In this document: one piece after another, positions 51,516 through 60,113 of the stretch
Layout of the letters: each line of letters opens with the position of its first letter
How positions within the stretch are numbered: the stretch's first letter is position 1
The notes under the pieces: model-generated
The model's database searches: none
Seen by the model: only the letters and a program-made list of their open reading frames with translations
What the model was told of the DNA's origin: nothing
Position numbers and translations under genes: made by a program
IMG/VR virus record: IMGVR_UViG_3300032053_000049
Span: 8,739 to 72,738 of that record
Source of the DNA: a virus
DNA: 64,000 nucleotides
Strand: one strand, 5' to 3'

Positions 51516-51637
51516 ATTAATATAATTAAACTTCCAATACCATAAACAGAAAATGCTGCTGCACATAGAGCAATCAATAATGCTGAAGAACCCAAAACTA
51601 TTGGGAACCTAGATTTAGAAATAAATTTGTCTTTCAT
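51512..51637 (-). pseudogene. Orphaned N-terminus (41 aa) homologous to the start of the membrane protein 49735-50571
   Basis: MKDKFISKSRFPIVLGSSALLIALCAAAFSVYGIGSLIILI aligns ungapped to FGILLVISALLAASISAFFSIIGISTL (14/27 identical). Confidence 0.8.
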
Positions 51638-51684
51638 TATTTTATATATTTAATTAAATATAAAAAACTCTATAAAGATTTTAT

Positions 51685-52002
51685 TTATTTTTTAATGGGC
51701 CATACAATGGAATTTGCATCAGTATATTTTTGTGGAATATCTCTTAATGCTTGCCTATAATTTTTTAATTGTAGAGAACAAGATGAATTATTTTCTATAC
51801 ATTTTAAAACATCTATATCAGATTCATCTAAAAGTTTATCTCTTTGTTTTTTAATATCATCCCACGAAATATTAGATATAAGTTCTTTGTAAGAACATTT
51901 TGGATAAGCTAGTTTAACAAAATCAGGATTTAAATTCAAATCTAAAATAATTGTATTTACTACATTTTTGTTTTTATCAATTATTTGATATATTTTTTCC
52001 AT
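51685..52002 (-). CDS. Tail fibre assembly chaperone
   Basis: W..IK.QRDKLL.ESD...YRQALRDIPQ...IVWP motif. Confidence 0.85.
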   Translation of the reverse strand: MEKIYQIIDKNKNVVNTIILDLNLNPDFVKLAYPKCSYKELISNISWDDIKKQRDKLLDESDIDVLKCIENNSSCSLQLKNYRQALRDIPQKYTDANSIVWPIKK

Positions 52003-52006
52003 AATA

Positions 52007-53158
52007 TTAAAAAACTAAAACTACTAACCCATTTATTCCAGCAGTCGTACCATAGCCACCGCATCCCTCTTGATCAACACCACCCATAACTAATGTTGGA
52101 TATACGCCGCCGCCGAAGCAATTCAGCCAGCCCGGCCCCCAACCAGTAGATCCACTACAACTAAAATCTGCATTAGCACTACCAGTACCATATATACCAC
52201 CGGCTCTTACTAATACAGCAGGAGCTGTATTCCCCTTTCCTCCGTAACCTCCATTTCCTCCTTCTGCAGCTACACTTGGTGTTGAATTTCCTAATATTGT
52301 AACTGATGTTTCTCCTCCCGGATAACCATTCCCAGGATTAGCCGGCCCCCCGTTTTGATTATAACCAGCAGCCCCACCAGCGCCCACAACAATCACTAAT
52401 TGTTGATTAGGAACAACACTTATAACTCTTCGAGCAAAACCAGCACCGCCTCCTCCCTGACCAAAGGCGTAACCTGAGACGCGAAGGTCCCGACCGCCGC
52501 CGCCACCTCCACCTCCGTACACTACCATTTCAACTTTATATACATCAGGAGGAATTGCAAATATAGTACTATTATAAAAATAATATGGATAATATATGGC
52601 AGATGCACCCGCAGTTAGAGCAAAACTTGATGTTCTAGATACATCAGAATAACTTGAACTAAATGATCTAGAAGCCCAACTTGAACTTATAGAAAATAAT
52701 GCATTATTTGAATTTATGGATTGAGTTGCCCACGATGATGATAAATTATATGACGAAAATCTTGAATATGATGATGTTAATGAATATGAGGATGATACTG
52801 CTACAGACGATGTTTTAGCATAAGAAGCACTAATGGCATCAAATGCATAAGAAGCAGTAGATGATTGAAATGAATAAGAGGCTGTTACTGCATTACTTGC
52901 TGTGGTGGCATATGTTTTCCAAGGAAATAAATAACTAGCCGTATCAGCTTGTATTGCGTGTGATGATGAAAAACTTCTGGATGCAAAAGATGCACTCCAA
53001 GCAGATCCAGATTTATTAAAATAATCACCAAGAACGGTAATAGCAGTTCTATAAGTCGTTGCTGTCGATAATGAACCACTCTGTACAATTGGAAAATAAT
53101 CTACACCTTTTATTTGAGTGAGAGCATTTAAACCGCTTATTCTAATATTGTCTGACAT
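52007..53158 (-). CDS. Tail fibre protein with glycine-rich C-terminal domain
   Basis: Shared N-domain, SASYA-type repeats, VYGGGGGGGG...GGGAGF...VVGAGG. Confidence 0.75.
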   Translation of the reverse strand: MSDNIRISGLNALTQIKGVDYFPIVQSGSLSTATTYRTAITVLGDYFNKSGSAWSASFASRSFSSSHAIQADTASYLFPWKTYATTASNAVTASYSFQSSTASYAFDAISASYAKTSSVAVSSSYSLTSSYSRFSSYNLSSSWATQSINSNNALFSISSSWASRSFSSSYSDVSRTSSFALTAGASAIYYPYYFYNSTIFAIPPDVYKVEMVVYGGGGGGGGRDLRVSGYAFGQGGGGAGFARRVISVVPNQQLVIVVGAGGAAGYNQNGGPANPGNGYPGGETSVTILGNSTPSVAAEGGNGGYGGKGNTAPAVLVRAGGIYGTGSANADFSCSGSTGWGPGWLNCFGGGVYPTLVMGGVDQEGCGGYGTTAGINGLVVLVF

Positions 53159-53202
53159 AATATACTATAAATATAATAAAATGCAACTAAACCTTCTGTT
53201 TG

Positions 53203-55215
53203 TTAAAATACTACTGTCCAATTATTTAAAATTAATAATGAAATATTAGATAATAATGTTGGAGTCATTGTATATCCTTGCATAAATAATGATCCTGATA
53301 ATATTCCATTTGATACCAAATCTCCGGTCATTATTTCCATTGTTGTACTATTAAATACATTATATGTAACATTTAAATATGACATAGATAGAGGTAGTGG
53401 AGATGGAAATGTTGATAATCCCGATGCATATATATCCAAGTATGACATAGATTTAGGTAAACTAGATGGAATACTACTTAACAGAGTAGAATTAAACGAT
53501 GCTGTAAATAATGTATCGGGAAGAGATGTAATTGACCAAATAGGAAGAGATGCAGACCCAATACCAATATCATCAGCAAATATTGTTAACAAAGAAGAAG
53601 TTGCAATTGTTGGAAATGATACAATATTATTGGCTGAACAATTTAAATATGTTAAAGTTGGATTAGCAAGTGTCCCCAACGATGTCAATAAATTGGTTGA
53701 ACAATTTATATAAGATGTTGTTATAGGAATGTTTGGAAACACCGTTAATAAATTATTACTACAATCTAATGTTTGTAAATTTGTATTACTTAAATCGTAA
53801 ATACTTAAAATACTACAAGATTGACATAATAATGTTTCTAATGTATCAGGCATTTTATAAAATAATCCAACTAATGTACTATTATTACTACAATCTAAAT
53901 GTGTTAAACTTGTTGCCTTCCATGTATATCTTATACTAGAAACATTTTTATTTTGAACACTTATCCACGTAATATTTTGAGATCCAGTATCTAATAAACC
54001 AGATAAATTATCTTCAAACGGTCCTCCTAAACTAGATGAAAATGAAATGGTAACATTTGAAGGAGCAATTATCAAATCGATTGGTTCATCAAAATATGTT
54101 GTTAAGTGATCACTATAACTAGAAAATTTAAATTTAACTGTTCTATAAGGATCAATTATAAGATTAGGAGATGATGACGATAATTCTAATAAATAATTTC
54201 CATAACTTCCTGTTTGTGAAATTAAATTAAATGGAATATTTATAGAACTTGTAGATAATGAATCCCATTGATTTATAATTGGCGTAACATTAAAAGATAC
54301 AGGAACAGAATCAAGAAAAAATTTATTTCCTGAATACCTATCAGTATAATGTAATGAAATAGAATAATTATTACCTACAGACGATGTGGAATTTAAAATT
54401 GTATTACCTATCACTTCTATCATTGTTTGTTGTGCCGTATTTAACGAAGAATGTATATCTAAATTATTTATTATTGCTGAATAAGATGTTTGAGCAATAG
54501 CATTTACCATTCCATAATTATTCATAACTCCTGCTATAGTTCCTGCTGATATAGCATAACTTGCAGTACCATTTGTAGGAGAAAATACTAAATAAGATGC
54601 AGTTTTAGAATTATTTACAGTATTTACAACATCTTTAGCTAAAATAGCATAAGATGCTGTAGCTACTGTTCCAACCGAACTATTAAAATAAGAAGCCGTA
54701 TCTGCGGTTGTAGAATGATTTACATTTTGAGAAGTTAATGAATAAGATGCTGTACCATTATTAATTCCTATGGAATGAAGTAAAAATGATGATGTTTTAG
54801 AAGAAATGGCAGTCGTTGCCCAACTAGAAGTTATTGGATATGTAGATCCCGTTATTAATGTAGTTCCTCCTCCTATAGCATTTTCTGCCCAACTTGCTGT
54901 TTTAGCATAAGAAGATGAAATAGAGTCAGAATTAAGAGAATATGACGATGTTATAGCAATAGAAGAAGTAAAAGAATAACTAGAAGATGGAACGCTTCCG
55001 CCTACAATATTTATTGCCCAACTTGCTGTCCCTGCTTGATCAGCATATATTGATATTATGCTTCCACTTGCATTTAAATAAGCAGATAAATTATTAACTT
55101 TAATTTTTTTTGATTCATAAGCACTAGAATCAATGATTAGAAATAAATCATCGTTGGCAACTTCTGCCGATGTCAATTCTATTAATTGTGATACTCTTTT
55201 ATTTCCTGAACTCAT
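53203..55215 (-). CDS. Tail fibre-like protein with C-terminal leucine-rich repeats
   Basis: N-domain KRVSQL.EL...DLFLIIDSSA.ESKKI; TASYA repeats; L..LDCSNN.L and LP.SMSYL LRRs. Confidence 0.72.
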   Translation of the reverse strand: MSSGNKRVSQLIELTSAEVANDDLFLIIDSSAYESKKIKVNNLSAYLNASGSIISIYADQAGTASWAINIVGGSVPSSSYSFTSSIAITSSYSLNSDSISSSYAKTASWAENAIGGGTTLITGSTYPITSSWATTAISSKTSSFLLHSIGINNGTASYSLTSQNVNHSTTADTASYFNSSVGTVATASYAILAKDVVNTVNNSKTASYLVFSPTNGTASYAISAGTIAGVMNNYGMVNAIAQTSYSAIINNLDIHSSLNTAQQTMIEVIGNTILNSTSSVGNNYSISLHYTDRYSGNKFFLDSVPVSFNVTPIINQWDSLSTSSINIPFNLISQTGSYGNYLLELSSSSPNLIIDPYRTVKFKFSSYSDHLTTYFDEPIDLIIAPSNVTISFSSSLGGPFEDNLSGLLDTGSQNITWISVQNKNVSSIRYTWKATSLTHLDCSNNSTLVGLFYKMPDTLETLLCQSCSILSIYDLSNTNLQTLDCSNNLLTVFPNIPITTSYINCSTNLLTSLGTLANPTLTYLNCSANNIVSFPTIATSSLLTIFADDIGIGSASLPIWSITSLPDTLFTASFNSTLLSSIPSSLPKSMSYLDIYASGLSTFPSPLPLSMSYLNVTYNVFNSTTMEIMTGDLVSNGILSGSLFMQGYTMTPTLLSNISLLILNNWTVVF

Positions 55216-55238
55216 AATTTATTTTTCATTAATATATT

Positions 55239-56312
55239 TCATGGATTAGAATATACGGTAAATGTCCACCAACTAAGTTCAATAAATCCTGATATAAATG
55301 AAGTGTCAGCAAATGCTGATCCTGTTGGACCGAATAAACTTAAAGACATAGTAAAACCATTTACAGTTTTGTTTTGTCTAGGATAAGAAACAACTCCAAG
55401 ATATTCATATCCATGTTCTCCACCTAGTCCTGATTGAACCATATAATTTGTATGAAACATTGGATTTATAAATGATATTCCCCAGGAATAAAGAGCACTT
55501 CCACTTCCATAAGGTTTAATACTCGCATCACTCGATGTTATTTCAATTTGTCCTAAATATTTTACAGTATCAGCTATATTATATCCATATTCTACCGATG
55601 GATTATATAATGTTCTAACATTTGCTCCTAAATTTAATAATGATGATGTTCCTATTATCGTCGCCCAAGCTTTAGGAATTGCTGGAGTTACTACAGTTGA
55701 AGCATAAGACGATGACACAGAATAAGATGATGTCCTAGAAAAAGATGCTGTAGTAGAAAGAGATGCTGTATTAGAAAAAGATGATGATATAGAATTAGAT
55801 GATATTATAGAATACGATGACGTTATAGAATAAGATGCAGTATTATATGTCGTTCCTAAGAGATAAAATAATGCCGATGCTGTATCGGCAGTATAAGCAA
55901 AAGAAGACGTTCTAGAAAATGAAGCAGTACCATTTGGAAATCCTGAATATAAAAGATATGATGCAGTTTGTGCTGTTGTAGTAGACGATACAGAACTAAT
56001 AGCTACAGATGCTGTAAGAGCATACGATGCTGAAAGTGCCGATATTGCATATGTTGACCAACTAGAACTGACACTATTATTAGAATAACTAGCTGACGAA
56101 ACAATACCATCAACCCCACCACCTAAAATATAAGAAGCAGATGTGGCATTTTGTGCAATAAAACTACCGGTTCCTTCAATATAATCTAATAAAGCTGTAG
56201 TAGTAATCTTTTTAGACTCCTTTGCACTCATATCTGTAATTAAAAACAGATCTTCCCCGGCTAATTCGCCGGCAGTCAAGGAAATCATTTGGCTGATTTT
56301 TTCGTTGGACAT
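55239..56312 (-). CDS. Tail fibre-like protein
   Basis: N-domain KISQM..LT...DLFLITDMSA.ESKKI; SASYA repeats; PKAWA...I.F..P...NY.V head domain. Confidence 0.72.
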   Translation of the reverse strand: MSNEKISQMISLTAGELAGEDLFLITDMSAKESKKITTTALLDYIEGTGSFIAQNATSASYILGGGVDGIVSSASYSNNSVSSSWSTYAISALSASYALTASVAISSVSSTTTAQTASYLLYSGFPNGTASFSRTSSFAYTADTASALFYLLGTTYNTASYSITSSYSIISSNSISSSFSNTASLSTTASFSRTSSYSVSSSYASTVVTPAIPKAWATIIGTSSLLNLGANVRTLYNPSVEYGYNIADTVKYLGQIEITSSDASIKPYGSGSALYSWGISFINPMFHTNYMVQSGLGGEHGYEYLGVVSYPRQNKTVNGFTMSLSLFGPTGSAFADTSFISGFIELSWWTFTVYSNP

Positions 56313-56325
56313 GCGTTATATAATC

Positions 56326-56333
56326 TATAAATA
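56326..56333 (-). promoter_or_regulatory. Putative late-promoter motif TATTTATA
   Basis: 13 nt upstream of ATG at 56312, heading the fibre gene cluster. Confidence 0.6.
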
Positions 56334-56392
56334 GACGAGTTAAATTGTTTTTCTGGCTTTTTTGATTATTTAACCTGATGGGTAAGAATAGT

Positions 56393-57136
56393 TTAATTAT
56401 AAACCCTTAATTTTTTTACAATAAATTTCACAAGTTCGCTTCGCAAAATATCTTCATCCGTAAATCTAAAGGTATATATTCCGTTTTGTTTAGATGCATC
56501 ATCATCAAAACAATTCATTATTTTTGTAAATCCACTACGACCATTTATATCCGATTGAAATTTATCTCCAACGACAAAAAATTTTGAAAACATTCCTGCT
56601 CGTGTAATAAATGTTATAATCTCACGTGCTGTTGTATTTTGAGCCTCGTCGAGGATTACTGATTTAGCATTAAAATTAAGTCCCCTCAAAAATCCTATCG
56701 GAATTCCTGTTATTCTTTCTTCTTTTTTCAATATTTCGACCTCATTTTTTGGAAGTAATTCTTCTAATTTATCCATAAGAGGTTGAATATAGGGAGAAAG
56801 TTTTTCGGATACTAAACCTGGCAAATAACCTATGGATTTCTCAGAACTTTCAACTGCACTTCTTACATAAATAATATCACTTATTCTGCGTTGATTCATT
56901 AGTAATAAAGAAGCATACACTGCCATATAAGTTTTACTAGACCCCGCCGGTCCTTCAATAAACATTAATTTTGTATTTTTATTTAAAGCTAATTCTAAAA
57001 ATTCTTTTTGTTTTTCTATAAAATCACTTCTTTGATAAATGGTAAGTAAATCTTTTATTTTATTTCTCTGCGGTATTATCGGACTGGTGTCTTTTTTATC
57101 GACATCGACAATTAACTCAGCATTTTTCTTTTTCAT
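56393..57136 (-). CDS. phoH: PhoH-like ATPase
   Basis: GPAGSSKT, IGYLPG, FLRGLNF, ILDEAQN, VGD..QSD, DILRS.LV. Confidence 0.92.
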   Translation of the reverse strand: MKKKNAELIVDVDKKDTSPIIPQRNKIKDLLTIYQRSDFIEKQKEFLELALNKNTKLMFIEGPAGSSKTYMAVYASLLLMNQRRISDIIYVRSAVESSEKSIGYLPGLVSEKLSPYIQPLMDKLEELLPKNEVEILKKEERITGIPIGFLRGLNFNAKSVILDEAQNTTAREIITFITRAGMFSKFFVVGDKFQSDINGRSGFTKIMNCFDDDASKQNGIYTFRFTDEDILRSELVKFIVKKLRVYN

Positions 57137-57139
57137 TAA

Positions 57140-57463
57140 TTATTTTAATTTTCGTTTCTTTAAAATAGATTGTAATTTAACAATTTTATCACAATTTTCA
57201 TATAATTCATTTTCTATAAAATAGTTAAAAATATTATCTACATTACTAATATAATCTTTTTCTCCAATGGTTATTACAAAATCAGAATTTTTAAATTGAA
57301 AAACTTCTACGAGAGGTAAATTATTTTTAGCCGCGAATTCTATTGATAAAACTACATTTTTCATCATATCTACTTTAAACTTAGTAATAAACTTACGCAT
57401 CTCATCATTATTAGATGGAAGGATATATGGGTCTATTTTTAATTTCTTTTTCATGAAATACAT
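57140..57463 (-). CDS. Hypothetical protein (UVR-like C-terminus)
   Basis: YFIENELYENCDKI motif. Confidence 0.6.
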   Translation of the reverse strand: MYFMKKKLKIDPYILPSNNDEMRKFITKFKVDMMKNVVLSIEFAAKNNLPLVEVFQFKNSDFVITIGEKDYISNVDNIFNYFIENELYENCDKIVKLQSILKKRKLK

Positions 57464-57552
57464 TCTAAACGAACTTTTTTAGTTTTAAAAATAAAATCTT
57501 TAATGGTTAATTTAACCATATTAATAAATATGAAAATAAAACAAAAGACTGC

Positions 57553-57582
57553 AAAAAAATACCGCCAGAAAAAATCTGGCGG
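57553..57582 (-). terminator. Intrinsic terminator
   Basis: Minus strand CCGCCAGA-TTTTT-TCTGGCGG hairpin followed by TATTTTTTT. Confidence 0.75.
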
Positions 57583-57605
57583 CACCGTAACCTTTTAATA
57601 TTTAT

Positions 57606-57785
57606 ATGAACTACCAATCCGCTAAAGCAAATTGGTTTCCAACCCAATCAGTTGCCTGTTTGTTAAAACAGGTCTTATACCAAGACAGTTGGCTTATACG
57701 GTCGTTCCGACCGTTATCCAGTTTCAAACTGGAAAATCTAACAGGTTGTGTTATTTCACTTAGTTATCGTGAATTATTCAACCAA
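57606..57785 (-). ncRNA. TnpB-type omegaRNA (right-end RNA) scaffold
   Basis: Hairpins TCCAGTTTGAAACTGGA, ACGGTCGGAACGACCGT, GTCTT/AAGAC, CCTGTT/AACAGG, CCAAC/GTTGG; TTGACA-16-TATAGT promoter at 57791-57818; 5' end approximate. Confidence 0.62.
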
Positions 57786-57888
57786 AAATAACTATATCAC
57801 AAAATACAAAAATGTCAAGAACTAACTTATTATATTGTCGTCATTCATTCCGCCCGCTAAAGCAAGTGGGTTTTTCGACGACGGGAAG
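57606..57888 (-). mobile_element. Non-autonomous IS200/IS605 element (TnpB-type ends, no ORF)
   Basis: Left end after TTTAT: CTTCCCGTCGTCGAAAAACCCACTTGCTTTAGCGGGCGG; right end GAAACCAATTTGCTTTAGCGGATTGGTAGTTCAT; subterminal GCTTTAGC hairpins at both ends. Confidence 0.78.
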
Positions 57889-57896
57889 ATAAATAT

Positions 57897-58160
57897 TTAC
57901 TTCTTTTTCACGAATTTTCTTTTTTCAGTCCGTGTTTCTTTATCTTTAGTTTTTTCAATCTTCTCCGATTTTAAATCTATGACCATCGGACCTTTTATTT
58001 CCTTAATTCTCTTTTCTGCCCAACGATCCCACCGTCTTATTGTCTTGGGGTTAGCGGTTGTATATTCTGACTTACCTTTGGAAACTAATGCCTTAATATC
58101 AGTTTCAGAATCAGCGTCTTGAATTAACTCTACGAGTCCATATTTAATTTCAATTTCCAT
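57897..58160 (-). CDS. Hypothetical basic protein
   Basis: Likely start MEIEIK at 58160, directly after the stop of the upstream gene. Confidence 0.6.
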   Translation of the reverse strand: MEIEIKYGLVELIQDADSETDIKALVSKGKSEYTTANPKTIRRWDRWAEKRIKEIKGPMVIDLKSEKIEKTKDKETRTEKRKFVKKK

Positions 58161-58161
58161 A

Positions 58162-58437
58162 TTACCAGATCCTATGTTTCTTTTTATCGAACTGCACAAT
58201 TTCAATTTTTGTACCATCCGGATATTTATTTACAATTTTTTGCCAAAAATCTCTTTCAGCAAGTGCAACAGGAAAATCAAGAGTAAGATATTCTTGATCA
58301 GAAACTCTAAGTCCATCTCTTGTTACAACGTAAGTTGGAGTGTTATTCGACTTCTGTTCCTCGGATACAACATTGGCTTCATCGGGAGTTGGAACTTCGT
58401 CCTGAATAGCCTTCTTATTGATTTTATTTTTTAACAT
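58162..58437 (-). CDS. Hypothetical protein
   Basis: Likely start MLKNK at 58437, downstream of a sigma70 promoter. Confidence 0.6.
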   Translation of the reverse strand: MLKNKINKKAIQDEVPTPDEANVVSEEQKSNNTPTYVVTRDGLRVSDQEYLTLDFPVALAERDFWQKIVNKYPDGTKIEIVQFDKKKHRIW

Positions 58438-58460
58438 AAGAATTTGTCTATTGTGATAGT

Positions 58461-58489
58461 ATAATAACACGGATAATTTTAAACGTCAA
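58461..58489 (-). promoter_or_regulatory. Sigma70-like promoter
   Basis: TTGACG-17 nt-TATTAT with TG extension. Confidence 0.6.
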
Positions 58490-58502
58490 GTGTTATTTAA
58501 TT

Positions 58503-59180
58503 TTATTCAGGTTCTACATTTGGTAAAGAATTAATTAAATCTCTCTCACTACACGATGAAATATAATCTGCAATATGAATAATTCGAGGTAAGTTTGTTT
58601 TCAAAAACAATTCTGTCTTAAATTGAACAAGATATGCTTTATTAGATTCTTTATATAATCCATCTGATAAACGTATACCAAGAACCTCTTTCCAAGTAGT
58701 TTTTATTCCATAATATTGTAGAATAAACAACGCTCTATCAGTTACATCCATATATTGAATATTAGGATTCATTTTATATATTTCACCCCTTTTTCTTTTC
58801 CAATCTTCGTCTTGTGGAATATAATATGGTCCTTCATGAGGCATTCCTAGTTTGCCCAAGTCGTGAAATAAACCACTAAATGATAACTCTTCATCAGTAA
58901 AATCAACATTACCACCCATCATTTTAAATAATTTTTTAATTCCAAAAGATACTTTTATTACGTTCATAGAATGGATTCCAAAACCTCCCGAAAAACAATT
59001 ATGCCATTCTTCATTCATCGATGCTGGAGCTGTTGCTAATTCTAATCCCAATTCATTTTCAGAAAACATAAAAAGTATTTTTTCTTTGCGTTCTCCTGAA
59101 AAAGTATCAGATACAAATTTTATAACTTCTTCGTAATTCTGTTGAATCTCTTTTTCTGTTAATTCTGGTTTGTTAATCAT
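58503..59180 (-). CDS. HD-domain phosphohydrolase
   Basis: APAS...HNCFSGG..IHS, LFHDLGK, IHIAD. Confidence 0.85.
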   Translation of the reverse strand: MINKPELTEKEIQQNYEEVIKFVSDTFSGERKEKILFMFSENELGLELATAPASMNEEWHNCFSGGFGIHSMNVIKVSFGIKKLFKMMGGNVDFTDEELSFSGLFHDLGKLGMPHEGPYYIPQDEDWKRKRGEIYKMNPNIQYMDVTDRALFILQYYGIKTTWKEVLGIRLSDGLYKESNKAYLVQFKTELFLKTNLPRIIHIADYISSCSERDLINSLPNVEPE

Positions 59181-59184
59181 AATT

Positions 59185-59454
59185 TTAAAATAAACATTTT
59201 AAATGTCGTTTAATATTTGTAGGGAGTTCTAAATGCCATTTTTTCAATTCTTCTATACTTCCATTATATCGTTTGGGCATAGTAGTTTGAATTATTGCCC
59301 ATTCGTATGCTGTTATATCTGATTGAATTGTATATTCAAAAACTTGAACAACTTTAAATTCCAATTCTGAAATTTCTGAAGTTGGTTTAAAACAATCTGT
59401 TGTTTCTTCCCAAATTTCTTTACAATATGTTTTAATCGCATTAAAAATCCTCAT
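59185..59454 (-). CDS. Hypothetical protein (89 aa)
   Basis: Start reassigned to MRIFNAIK; the longer track ORF runs through a tRNA gene. Confidence 0.55.
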   Translation of the reverse strand: MRIFNAIKTYCKEIWEETTDCFKPTSEISELEFKVVQVFEYTIQSDITAYEWAIIQTTMPKRYNGSIEELKKWHLELPTNIKRHLKCLF

Positions 59455-59500
59455 ATACGGAGTATACCATATATGAGGATATTTACAACTTATTTTAAAT

Positions 59501-59590
59501 TGGCGGCAGATGAGGGATTCGAACTCTCGGTGGGTGTTAACCACTTCTGTTTTCGGGACAGGTGCTTTAAGCCATCTCAGCCAATCTGTC
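59501..59590 (-). tRNA. tRNA-Ser(CGA), atypical (C33, stem mismatches)
   Basis: GACAGAT acceptor, long variable arm, TTCGAAT T-loop, G73-CCA; anticodon loop CCCGAAA. Confidence 0.75.
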
Positions 59591-59605
59591 AATATAAAAA
59601 AATAA

Positions 59606-59771
59606 AGTGGCGAAACTTTTATACCTGTCAGAATTTCGTCCTTCACCATATCCACTGCTTTTGATTGTGGACTCCTTCTATGGTCTTCAACGAAACTTAA
59701 TCGTTTACTTATTTTTCATAGTTATCTTGGGTATAAAATACGTCAAGGATTTATTTTAGGTGTTCACCACT
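59606..59771 (-). ncRNA. Unidentified 166-nt rod-like structured RNA between two tRNAs
   Basis: Nested stems AGTGGTGAA/TTCGCCACT, TTTTATACC/GGTATAAAA, AGTTTCGTT/GACGAAATT, ACCATA/TATGGT, TCCAC/GTGGA; G-U wobbles favour the minus strand. Confidence 0.6.
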
Positions 59772-59775
59772 AAAT

Positions 59776-59849
59776 TGGCTGACTACTCACGATTTGAACG
59801 TGAACAAAAACTTTCAGAAAGTTTTATGCTACCATTACATCAGTAGTCA
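59776..59849 (-). tRNA. tRNA-Gln(CTG)
   Basis: TGACTAC/GTAGTCA acceptor, loop TTCTGAA, TTCAAAT T-loop, GCCA end. Confidence 0.85.
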
Positions 59850-59869
59850 ATTTTCTGTGTAAAATTTAA

Positions 59870-60013
59870 TTAAGCATCAATACCGGCTTTTTTCAAAATA
59901 GCCTTTGCTTCAGCCACACCGACTTCAACTTTCTTAGGATTTTTACGTCCAATAAGGATACCTGCTACAAATCCGGCTACTGCTACTAATACATAAATTC
60001 CAATTGTGATCAT
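59870..60013 (-). CDS. Small membrane protein (47 aa)
   Basis: MITIGIYVLVAVAGFVAGILIGRKNPKK... one TM plus basic tail. Confidence 0.6.
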   Translation of the reverse strand: MITIGIYVLVAVAGFVAGILIGRKNPKKVEVGVAEAKAILKKAGIDA

Positions 60014-60035
60014 ATTTTTTATCTTTCTTTAAAAA

Positions 60036-60113
60036 TGGTTGCGGAGGATGGGAGTTGAAACCATCGTGTACTCACGTTATGAGCATGAGAGCTTACCACT
60101 TGCTGACCCCGCA
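60036..60113 (-). tRNA. tRNA with CAT anticodon (Met or Ile2), enlarged T-loop
   Basis: TGCGGGG/CTCCGCA acceptor, TCATG-CTCATAA-CGTGA anticodon arm, ACCA end; TATTTATA immediately upstream. Confidence 0.75.

Noticed and set aside
52080-52520. GC-rich patch as a horizontally acquired island
   Set aside because: Largely explained by Gly/Ala/Pro codons of the glycine-rich domain.
57606-58122. Plus-strand ORFs 57606-57791 and 57835-58122 as transposase remnants
   Set aside because: They translate IS-end hairpin sequence and antisense coding sequence; no TnpA HUH or TnpB RuvC motifs.
59455-59655. N-terminal 67 codons of the 156-aa track ORF, suggesting a tRNA nested in a protein gene
   Set aside because: It is read through tRNA-Ser and the structured RNA; an ATG at 59454 gives a more plausible gene.
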